The position numbers and the translations under genes are program-made. From assembly GCA_964057225.1 (NCBI GenBank), contig OZ059897.1, positions 9,734,001 through 9,798,000 of the forward strand: 64,000 nt of DNA, read 5' to 3'. The notes beneath the pieces were generated by a model that was given only the letters and a program-made list of their open reading frames with translations, searched no databases and was not told where the DNA came from. Below, one piece after another: positions 27,508 to 39,427 of this stretch. Source of the DNA: Auanema rhodensis (taxonomy: Eukaryota; Animalia; Nematoda). How positions within the stretch are numbered: position 1 is the stretch's first letter; each line of letters begins with the position of its first letter.

Positions 27508-27972
27508 TAAGAGAGTAATAGAAGAAGAAAAAAAAGAAAATCTTGTCAGGAAAAGTATTATTTATCTTATTGAAAATAATTATGTTTGTATAGTTAAAAA
27601 AGAAATAAATGTATTAATAGAGAGAATGAAATGAAAATGATAATGAAAACTATAAGAGAGAGAGAGAAAGAGGAGAAAAGAAAAGTGAAAAATAGAAATA
27701 AATGGTGTAAAAGTATATCAAAACCATATATAGTTGGTTGTTTATTCGTCTTTTTACTGTTACGAGTGTATCAGAAAAGGTTGAACGCATAGTATTCATA
27801 AACTCAATAGATAAAAAGATATTTCATTATCAACTTTATATGTATTTACTATAGTCAAATCATGATTTTTTATATTTTTTGATTGATCTTGAACTCATAA
27901 TAAAAATCAAAAAAAAAGAACAATGAGGTAATGGAAAAATAAAATAAAAACATATAAAATAGAAAAAGAGAA

Positions 27973-28026
<54 letters not shown>

Positions 28027-29120
28027 TGAGAGAGAGAGATGAGCAAATGCAACCGTTCACCGTTTATGACATTCAACAAATGATACTACTTCAGCTGCTA
28101 TATCAGTTTTCCCACATTATAATAACATAATATGCTAATGGACTATAAGAAGCTGAAGTAAGCTTTGAAAGATGATGATGATGGTGATGATGATGGTGAT
28201 GATGATGATGATGATGACGATGACGAGGATGTTGAAGAGATAGAAGAATACTGAATGCTATTTTAAACAAAGAATAGTAAATAGAATACATATATAGTTA
28301 AGCTGACTAGGATAAGAAATAAGTTTAGTAGTAGTTTGCTTGTTTTCGATTAACGATTGAACCTGTTATGCTTGCATTTCATAGTCTGAACTAGACACAC
28401 AGCCGGCGTTCATCTGGCAACATACAGCCCTGACTGTGGCAAAAAAAACCGGTGTGAATTTCCTTGTTAATCAAGGTCAAAACAAAGAAAGAAGAGTTTA
28501 AAAAGATTTGAAAAATGAGACTAAAGAGCATTAAATATAAAAAAGATAAATGAATAAATGAATATTTCAATAACAAACAATATTTTTATCAAGTTTTCAA
28601 TTGATAGAAATAGCCCAATACAGAAAAAATAGAACATACATTCGTTCCTATACTAACGGTTATTGAAGAGCACAGTAAGGCATATTTCAATATAAATATT
28701 TTCTATTTTATTTTGATGAATTTTGATATAGTTAAGCTATAGTTAAGTATAACAAACTATATGAATATGTATATTGACAAAGTTGGTAAAGTTGGTAAAG
28801 TTGATAAAATAGGTTAGAATATGTAGAAAAATAAAATACAAAGAACAAACTATAATAAATTGATTAAAATCAATTATCAGCTTGTAAACAAACGAAATAT
28901 ATATAGAGAGATAATATAAGTCGGTTATGAAGATTACTTTTGGTAGGAATCGTATCAGCTGATATCAATAGTAAAGCATTTCTAAATAAGATTTGAAGAA
29001 GTAATTGATCACAACTTTGATTCAAATAGGCAAATACCAATAGTTGGTGATGGAAAGAGTAGGAAAGAGAGAGAGCAAAAGAGAGAGAGAGAGAGAAAGG
29101 AGTGGAGGGAAGAGTGAGAT

Positions 29121-29184
<64 letters not shown>

Positions 29185-30653
29185 GATAATAAAATTTTTT
29201 TTGGTAAAGATCCTAAATCCAACGATTTTAGAGATCAAATAGAGCAAAATGAGTGTTTCTTCATAAAAACAAAAAGTAATAAGATCAGTAATGTTATTAT
29301 TACTTTCAATTTTTGTTTTATTTTTGAAAAATTAGATGACAGCTGTCGCTAATTCAGAGTAAATTATCAAAAGAAACAGGTTTAAAGAGCAAGATTGATA
29401 CGATTTAACTCTAATATTTGTTGTAAAAAGAGAAAACGATATGAAGAAATAAGTTTTAAGTTTTCAAATTTTGTTTTCATCTATCTTGTCTTTTTAGTTT
29501 ATTTTCTTTATTATATAAGATCTTGATGATAGATAGATTTCAAACAAGATCTCAATGATTTTCTTCTTTTCACTAGCGTTCCTCTTCTTTTGTTTTTCTT
29601 TCGTTTAAGTGAAACTAAGGTAAAGAGAAGCCATCAAACTTTCTTTTCTTGTTCTTACTTTTTCTGATGTTTTTTCTTTCTTCTCATGTTTTTTTTTAAA
29701 AAAAAAGAAAGAAAAGCAACACATTACTAACCTTCCAGGTGATCCTGCCTTTCCTCTTGGACCGACCTGTCCTGAAATTAGAAACAATCACATAATCATA
29801 TATACTTTGCTATTTTTCAAGTTTTTGCAAAATAAAAAAATGTTATTTCAATACCTGGTCTTCCTGGCGGTCCTGGTGGAGCTCCGTTCAAAACTTTTCC
29901 CATATCTCCTGGTGGTCCTTGATCTCCGAAATCTCCTGGCACACCACGAATACCCATTGGTCCTGGTGGCCCGATGCGTCCTGGAATACCTGGTGTTCCC
30001 GGAATACCAGGGGTACTGAAAACATTAATTTTCGGATGATGATGAATGCAACTGCTAGCTACCCGGCATGTCCACGGAAACCTTTGGGTCCAGGATGTCC
30101 TGGGGGACCTGGAGGAGCTGGAGGGCATTTCTGGCATGGGGGCTCATTAGGCATATTAGGCATGACATATTTTCCAGGAATTCCATTACGTCCATTGGCT
30201 CCCACAAATCCAGGGAATCCTACAAAAAGCGATTAAACAAATCATGAAATTAGAAAATCGACCTGGTTTTCCATCTTCACCCACAGTACCAGGTGCTCCT
30301 GGAGGTCCTTGTTGACAACTACAACCTGCAATTAGAATTATTTGTTAAACGAAGTACTGAAAGTAAAACTCACATTTACCAGACACTGGTCGTCCATAGT
30401 TGTATTGTCTTTTGAATCGAGTTCCTTCTTGAGCAATCTGCTTCCAAATTTCATTACTATCCGTCTAAATGCGATGATTGTTATTGAAAAAACAAGAAGA
30501 ATTAAGAATATTCACTTGACACTTATGAAGTTGAGCTCTCATAATACTATTCATCCATTGAACTCTCATGCAAAATAATGGTAAAACGACCACTATTGTC
30601 ATAAGACAAACGGTTGAAAAAACCGTCGAAACGATAAGTCCCGTACGGGACAT
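25004..30653 (-). CDS. col: Nematode cuticle collagen with long (~225 aa) non-collagenous C-terminal tail
   Basis: N-terminal TM/Col_cuticle_N region [25 protein letters not shown]..., RFKR cleavage site, CSCQQGPPG, Gly-X-Y blocks with a CQKCPP interruption and [13 protein letters not shown]. The Gly-X-Y register is preserved across a 3709-bp intron (29731-26023, GSPG-R|DGSPG). TCSHC follows, then further exons to TAG at 25006-25004. Confidence 0.9.
27428..27507. repeat. (AG)n microsatellite in the large collagen intron
   Basis: Direct reading. Confidence 0.9.
27975..28039. repeat. Compound (AT)n(AG)n microsatellite
   Basis: Direct reading. Confidence 0.9.
28171..28226. repeat. (GAT)n trinucleotide microsatellite, imperfect
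   Basis: Direct reading; it produces the spurious poly-His ORF 28103..28291. Confidence 0.85.
29128..29181. repeat. (AG)n microsatellite
   Basis: Direct reading. Confidence 0.9.
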
Positions 30654-31566
30654 ATTCTTAATGAAAAATATTTTTTAAAAACTTAAAAATTAAAATTAAA
30701 ATGGTTTTAAACGGAAAAATGTAGTAAAACAAGAGAATACGCCAAGAATTAGTTATGCAAATGAAGAAAATCTTAAAGACGAGAATGACCTTGTGTGATG
30801 AGAATGTTGTTGTCAATCTTGTTACTATCTCATATCCTCGCATCTATCCATGTACTTTCTCATCTGTTTCTCTATCGTTATCCTCAATTTACTTTGAATT
30901 TCTCATTGATTATCTGTAGATATGAGGTTATAGTCATTTCCTTATATCAAGATATCTGTTCCATTTTCAACCTAATTCTTCTTTATATGTCAACTATGTC
31001 TGTACACAACTATCTATATATGTATATCTATCTTAACTATATACATATAGTTAAAAAACATATTTTAAAAATTAAATTGTTTTATTCTCATTGATGCCAT
31101 ATCTATTAAAGATAATATTGCCATTTGTTATAAGAAATACACACAGAAAAACAAAGAATGAGACAATCAAGAGCAAAAGAAATTATATACTATACATAGA
31201 AATTAAGTTATAATATACGATATTCAAGATTATAAATATAAAATATAATATGTATGTAGTTAGTAAAGTTCAAAAATTAAAGTTATATGTATACCTATCA
31301 ATATGATATACTTTTTTCTCTTATAATTACCATTAGAAGGAAAGATCATTATGTAAATTGCACAAAATTATGTGAAGCACAAGAACTATAATGATTAATA
31401 ATGATTTGTAATCAACTTTTTTAGAACAACAAATCCAAAAACATATAATTTTTTTGGATCAAAAAACGATATGTATGTTTTAATAAAGAATAAATAAGCT
31501 AATTAGAGTTTCTAATAATGATGCTTAAAAATATTTGTTTCCGTTTGCCTTTTTCTTTTTTCTCTT

Positions 31567-34500
31567 TTACCATACTGAACAACGATTTGATGGATTCATC
31601 GCTGTACCAGCTGCACATTTGAAAGCAGCAGCAAATTCTGGTTGATTTTGAAGAACAATATTTACTCTGAAAAACAATAAAAATATAAATATGCTAATTA
31701 GAATAATGTATATAGGTTGTTGTTGTTGTTGTTTGCTAATTTACATATAACACTGCTACTGGTTTTCACGTGAACAGAGCACAATTCGTGAGCAGTTCAT
31801 TTTTTTCATTTTAATTTTCATTTTTTATGCGAACGGTTGCTATTTCTTTTCTTTTTTTTCTTATTTAAGTACTTCAAACTATACCTGTATCTTCCTGGAG
31901 AATGAGGATCCGTAAGAATCTGACGAATTGAGGATTCAGGAGTCATATGACCACACCAAGTCTAAATTTAAATATTTTTAGAATGATACGATAAGCATTC
32001 GACATACTTGTGAATATCCAATGAAAAACATCTGATCATTATCGAATTGCTCGAGTCCTGGAATACGTTCTTCGGCTCCATTTCTCTCCAAATATCTTTT
32101 GTAAGCCTAATAACAAATGAGTTAATTATGAAATTTCATACAGAAATACTTTGTAAGCTTCTTTGATTCCTCCATTATCAGCAATATTTTCTCCTTGAGT
32201 AAGCTTGCCATTGATTTTCAATCCAGTATTTGGTACTTCAATTGATCCATATTGTTCGACAATACACTTGGCTCTTTCGTCAAAACGTTCAGAAGTACTA
32301 GAATCCCACCAATCACGAAGATTTCCAATATCATCAAATTGACGTCCTGAATTAGTATGTAGAAATTGTTTTAATGAATAAATTGTAATACCTTGATCGT
32401 CAAATCCGTGAGTGATTTCATGTCCAATAACAGCTCCAATTCCTCCGTAGTTCAAGGCTTTTGGATAAGTATGATGGAAGAATGGAACTTGAAGAATAGC
32501 AGCAGGGAACACTAGATGATAAGCAATTAAGTTTTCAATTAATTCATCATAATACTTACTGATGGCATTCTTAATGCTGGAATAGAAAGCATTAACAGTA
32601 GCAGGGTTAGCTCCGAACTCAGTGCGATCAACTGGTTCCAAAAGTCGTTTGTATTGGAAGTTACTGGCATAACGAATTTGCTTGTTAAGCATCTGACTGT
32701 ATGAATCAGTTGGCTCTATTTGAAGCTGAAATTAGTTGAAATGTAAATTTAAAAAAGTACGAAGTAACATACATCCTTGTACCAGTCATCAAGTTTTTCA
32801 TCGTCAAGAATGAAATCTGGGAATCCAATTTGTTTAATAACCTCTTCAGCTTTTTTCTTGGCGAACTACAAATATTTCATCATTTTTCCCCCAAACAATA
32901 TTTTATAATGAAAACCTCTTTAGTATTTTTGTCCATCCATTCATTCTCAACTAACATGTTATGGAAAGCTTCTTGTAAGTCACCGATCATGCTCAATGTT
33001 GTATTTTTGGATTCCTAAACGAAAACGAAATGATTTCCTCCTTTAAACTATCTCATTACCTTATCGAAGTGACCTCTGACGTACATGGAACCCGAAGCAA
33101 ACATCATCTTTCCGTTTGTGCTAGAAACACAATCCTTCCATCTTGGAGCTTTTTCCTTACGTCCATACATATCACGAGCGAAATCCTTCAAAATGATCTC
33201 ATTATACATGGTCAAATTTTAAAAAATTCAAAACCTGAGCAATATCTTCATATTTTGATCCTATTTGCATACTCCATGAAGATGTATATCTCATCAAAAC
33301 GTAGTTAGTAATAATTCTTGGATCAGTAGATTGAAGTAATTCAGCAAGTCTTCAAAATAATTTTGTTTTAACTATATCATATAGCATAATATCTTCAAAC
33401 CTTCTGAAGTAATCAATTTCAGTTATAACAATTTCTGGATTTGTATCAAGATATTCATGAGTTTCAAATGGCATAACAGCACGGAAATATCTGTTCCAAT
33501 CCAACTGAAAGTTTTATTTCCATATAGTTAGATAGATCAAAATGTTCATTTACCAATGGGAACAGCTCGTTCAGATCAGAGAGCCGTCTTAAGTTGTAAA
33601 GTGCTGAGAAGTTACGACGTTCATCTTCAGGAACCTTTGAAGAAAAATAAAAAGTTGATACAATTGCTCAGATCAACTTACAGTAATATTAGCAAACTTT
33701 GTTTCAAATTGTAATAATTCCTCAACTTCAAGTTCAATTTTAGTTTCATTAACAGCCAGACCATTATCAGCAGTTAACAATTTAGTTTTATTAACTAATA
33801 ATGTTCGATATGCTTGAATTTGCTTAGTATATTTATCTTGATTAAGATAATAATCACGAGTAGAACTACCAAGTCCAAGACTTGATTGATCAAACTGAAA
33901 AGAAAAAAAAGTTTTTTTTTTTAATTTTTAGTTAACTTCATCATAATTAGCATATTTCATAAGTTTTTTTATTTCATTTTATGTTGTTATGACGTTGATA
34001 ATCGGTTGAATTCGCACGACATGCTTATTCAAACTTTGATCCCACCCACCTACCCAATTCTCTCAGCCCAATTTCGGCACCCCTCCCCTACCTCGTATTC
34101 CTTCAGAATTGTCTTAAAACATTTTTAGATCCTGTTTTTTTAAAAATAATATTATATAATAGCCTATTCTTATGAGAAGAAATATATATATTTTTAATAA
34201 AATTACATTTTGAACTCGTGAATAGACGGAAAAAGGCAGAATATTTTGATTTTATTTGAAAAAATGATAAAGAAAAGAGTAATATAGATTTATAACTCTC
34301 TCATTTTCTTTCTCTCTCTCAATATGCCCTTTTCTTTCTCTACAACTCAAATATAAACACATAGTTCAATGAAATGTAACAGTAGCATTCAAATTCAGAG
34401 ACAGGATTTTATTTATTTATTTTTATTTTAAAAAAAAAATTGAAATACCTGAATAAGACGTCTAGTCACATTCTTAATATCAGTTCCTACATATATATCA

Positions 34501-35221
34501 ATGAATACATCAGTACCTTAATGAATATATTTTTTTATAAAAAAATTAATGAAAATTCAATAGAAACCTCGAGAGCCGGCAATATGGATAAGTAGGTCAG
34601 TTAAATCAAAATGAGATTCTTCCCATAGTTGTGTATGTAACATTGGCCAATAGTTCATTGTCTAAAAAGAAAAATATGTGATTTCAACTGAATCAGAACG
34701 GTTGATGATCGTACAACAAGAGATTCTAAAAGCTCGGATGCTCCAACTTCATTCAGTTTACTCTCATCCATGCATCCTTTATAGATTGATCTTAGCATAT
34801 CAATAGCTTTTGATGCTGGCTTCTTATCAGATTCATATAAATCTTAAAAAGAAAAAGAAAATAATTTAATAGTTCAAATTATAAAAAATTACCTCTCATT
34901 TCCATTTGAATTTTTTCTCTAAGTTTTTGAAAATTTCCATATGAAGTTAAGTCTTTAGGAATAGGATTGTTAGAAACCCATTGACCACAAGCAAATTCAA
35001 AGAAATCATCGCATGGGTCAGCCTTTAAACAAAATTTAATTAAAAACATTATAAACATGTTTTATAATTACTGTAAGGTTTAGAGCATGTTTTAAATGCT
35101 TTGAAGCTTCTGTATATCCAGGAGAATCTCCTGTTGGATGTATATCATTAGCCAAAATCGGCATAAACGGAACCGCTATTGTGAAAGGCAACGTAAATAA
35201 TATTACCCCAATGTTCTTCAT
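31567..35221 (-). CDS. nep: Neprilysin-family (M13) zinc metallopeptidase
   Basis: ADPCDDFFEFACGQW N-terminal motif, VNAFY, LNYGGIGAVIGHEITHGFDDQG (HExxH), GENIADNGG (third Zn ligand), TDPHSPGRYR, and C-terminal MNPSNRCSVW* (TAA 31569-31567). Confidence 0.96.
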
Positions 35222-38200
35222 CTCTAAGAAAAAAAAAATAATTTAGGTTTAAAGGAAAAGGAAACAAAATTGTGAGAAAGTGAAAAGTAAAAGAGTTGAA
35301 AGTAAATTGAAGACGAAGAAACAAAAAGAAAAACATACATATATCTGTTTTTGAAAGATATAATTCATAGATGTACATATATGTAGATGTATATGTCTTA
35401 TATAGTAAATAAAAAGAAAAAAAAACTAAGAAAAATATACTGAATATAAGAAAAAGAAGAAGAAAACGAATAGTAATAGAAGGAGAAGAAGATGAAGGAA
35501 AAGAAACAACGTTGTCTTCTTATATATTCTGATATTCTAAACAAACATGCTCATAAAAGTAAGTAAAAAAAAAGTTAAAAGTGAATACATTTGATGGAAT
35601 AAAATAGACAATGAACTATATTATTTAAACAAAATATGGAGAAAAATGAGATAGTAAACCTTATATATAAACATACAAAAGAATGAAAAAGTGGAACAGA
35701 ATATGAATGAAAGGAAACAACTTTTTCTATTCATCTCGATCTTTTTTATCATTTTCAATGATCTTTGTAAATATTATTCTTATTTATTTTATATTATAAA
35801 ACAATATAATATAATAGGTCATGATATATAACGATAACATAGCTATCATTATCGTTTCAGCTAACTATTCTACCTCAATCGACAACACACAACATACATA
35901 CAAACATTCAATACACGCTTACAACAAGCATGACGATTATACAAGTCAAGACAAGAAAAAAATCTAAGGAAAACCCACTATAAACCCTCCATTCCCCCCC
36001 CTCCTCTTCCACTCCCTTCTTCTTCATCTCTCTCTCTCTCTACAGCATTTTATTGCTCTACTACTCCGCCTCCAACCCCCCCCCCCCTCTGATGCACATC
36101 ATTCTCGATGATGTTCAGCTTCTTCTTCATCTTCTTCTTAAAACTGTTTTTTGCAATTTTGTTATTTCTTTCTATTTCACTCTTAATTAGAAATAATATA
36201 TTTTATTCTAAAAACAATTCATTTCATCTTAATGCGAAAGCGAATTGGAAAAATAGAAAAATATTTTAGCACAATATGAGAAAATCAAAAATTTATTATT
36301 TGATGGTTAATCAGTTAAAGAATTTCTCATGAAACATACAATACAAATCTTATACTCTCCTTTCCATTCTCTCTCTCTCTCTCTCTATCTCTTCCTCTTT
36401 ATAAGATATCCACTTCACAGAGAGAAGATCACGTAAGGAAATGAAAACAAACAACGGAATTAAGTGCTATTCTTTCCGTTTTGTAACTGATAATAACGAA
36501 GAAATAAAGAGAAAAAGACTGAATTTATCAAAAAAATTTACGAGAAAGACAAGTAAGTAGTCAAATCTGAAGCTGAAGTCATGATAGGTCACACAGAATT
36601 CAGTTGCTCAACTGTTCTTATAAGCAACTAATCAACTATTTTAAGGAAAATTTTATCTTAAGCATACAGATGGTTGGCATACAACCACAACAAGGTTAAA
36701 TGTACTTTTCTTGTTAAATACCATTAGAAGCTTAACAATGTGAAGAACGAAAAGCTGGAAAGGTGAAATAGCTCCAAAATGCAGTAAACTGAGTTCCTTG
36801 ACCAACAAGTTTTTCACTTTTTTAGTACCGAAAATCATTGAACAAATAATATTTTCATTGAAAATATATAAAAATAGTACAAAAGAGAATAAGAGTAGTA
36901 AAGTAGTTTTGAAGTACAACACAGTTCAACCTTGCTATTATCAAATAACCTTTCGACATAACTATAACTATGTATGATAAATAAAAACTAAAGAGCAAAG
37001 AGAGAGAGAGAGAGAAATGAAGAGAAAAAGAGTGAAAGAGAGAAAAAAATGAAGGGAGTGGCAAGAAGACAAGAACAAAAAGAGATAATTGAAAAATAAA
37101 AAACATATAAATGTAACACAAAGACAATACTATATAAAGGCTTAAATTTGGTATAGAAACCATAATACTACGATGATGATGCTGAATGATGAAACGAAAA
37201 ACGGCAACCGAGTCTTCTCCCCACACGGATTCACACATCCATGAAGGCAATTCTGGCAATTGCCAGCCCTTAAACCTCCTTCTACTGGTAGATCCGAGTG
37301 GTGTGGCCATTTGCTCAACATCGACGTCGTCATCATCATCATCAGCATCATGAGAAGAATGAGTTTCATGAGAAACAAAAAGAAGAAGAAACAGAATAAG
37401 GGGAATAAGAAAAGTAATTTTGCTCTTATAAACTATTTTAAAATTAAAATAAAAAAAAGAACAGAAAAATGCTCATTGATGTATAAGATTATAAGAAAAG
37501 ATTAAACAAAGCAGGATTTTCTAATTTTTTTGTCCAACAAATAAAAATTAGAAGTAATTAATTAATGTTTTAAAGAAAAAAAATTGGATAAAATACAAGG
37601 ACAAGTCACATAAAACGATTATAATCTGTTTAACATTCGATGTTTATCTACAGTAAGAAAATCCATTTTTATGCAAGATTTTGAAGGAATTTCATTGTAA
37701 AGGCATAATAGAATAAGCTTTTTCATAAAATATTCAGATTATAACTAGAGAATTGAGTAGTTTTTACTACTTAATTACATGAAACATACATGAGCAAAGT
37801 TGACAAATATTGATATTATATTGCTATTATCAGGGTTTAGATATAGAGGTCAGGCATCTGCTGTACCAGACAACGGTAAATGAAGTCTGGAGAAGTCAAG
37901 TCACAGACCTAGACCTCTTTTGTAGTGCCAGAGGCGATTAGGGTCAACATGATTTTCAGATGTGTGTTCGCTGCTCTCATTCTTTCTTATATGTTTGCTC
38001 ATCGTCTCAGACATTCATTTCTATCCCACAACTCATCCCTCTCCAGCTCTTCCTCTCTCTCTCTGTCTCTTTATATCTTTTCATCTCCTCATTTCTCCAT
38101 ATCTCTATCTAATTCCTTTGCTCTCTTTCTGATTGTAGCATAAGTTGTTTCGTGTCCATCTTGACCACTACACTTCTCCTTTTTGTTCAAATTTTCCTCC

Positions 38201-39427
38201 ATCCCTCTCAATTTTACTCTAGCGATTCCGATCTCTCTCGTTCGGAATAAGCACATTTTGATTTGAAATTTGCTATTCTGCAGAAGTCAGCCCATTTACG
38301 GTGCTCTCATTTTTTGATTTAAATTTAAGAAGTTTAACTGAAAAACAGACGCACCCACCTACCTCAGATCACACAAGCACTACTGAAGCAAATCAGAAAA
38401 GAAGCTTTGCATTGTCTTTTGAGATCATTAGCTTAAACATAAGAAGAACAAGTGGATGGTTAAGCGAGAGATAAAAAAAGAAAATCACGATCAGTACTAT
38501 TGAAGCAAAATAGAAAAACGAACACAAATGTCCCAAAAATGGTTGTTTGACATTCAACTTCAAGAATTTCTATTTTTCTTTTCAATCTAATTTCATAAAG
38601 TTCAAAACTGCTTCTAGTGTGTGTCTGTGTGTCGTACTCTCTTAATATCTCTTTCTTTCCCTTTCATACTACCTTACAACACACAAAAAGAAAAACATGA
38701 AAACTTCCAATTTGAAAGTTCTGGGTATCAAAATTTTTCTTTCCAATTTCAATTTCTTAATCTAAGATCCATCTTTGGAACAAGTACAAAAGATGAGCGA
38801 TATAAACGGTAGATAAGAAAAGAAAATTATTTTTCAATGTAAAAAAACCAAACAAATCGTTGAATTACTATAGAAATATTAAAAAAATCAATAAATAATA
38901 CAAAAAAACAATATTTGTAACTCTTTTATGGTAAGTAGGCAACCTGCAACTGCTCTGCTCAAAAATACATGAGAAAATGAGTTTATTTCACGTGTATTTC
39001 ACGTGAAAAAAAAAGAAAGTAAATCCAAAGTAATAGCACATAAGTCATTGATTGTACGAAAATTCATAATAATTTTTTTTTTTTCAAAAAAAGAAAAGAA
39101 ATAAAATAATAGTTAGTTAGGATATATCTATTTATAAATAAATATAAATTGATGATATGAATGATAATAGTAAAAGTAATGTTATCATTTGACCTTTGTA
39201 TTTTTTGCGTTTTGTGCTATTTTCTTCTGTATTGCTACTTTATCAGAATTCTTATCACATTTTCTGCTATTGCCTGCTATTTATTGCTGAATATCTGAAA
39301 TTTTGATTCATTTATATCTTTTTTCTAAAAATTCATTTATCAGTATGTGCTGAGTTTTATATGATATAGTTAGCATTTCGATTTCTTCTTCTTATTAATT
39401 ATATTTTTTAATTTTTAATTTTAAGTA

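Noticed and set aside
28432-28443. gactgtggcaaa, complementary to the 3' half of miR-86 as I recall it
   Set aside because: The seed half does not match and there is no hairpin; treated as coincidence.
36855-37310. 151-aa minus-strand ORF as a possible upstream neprilysin exon
   Set aside because: The plausible donor would join the neprilysin acceptor out of frame (AGA TGA), and the rest of the ORF is low-complexity.
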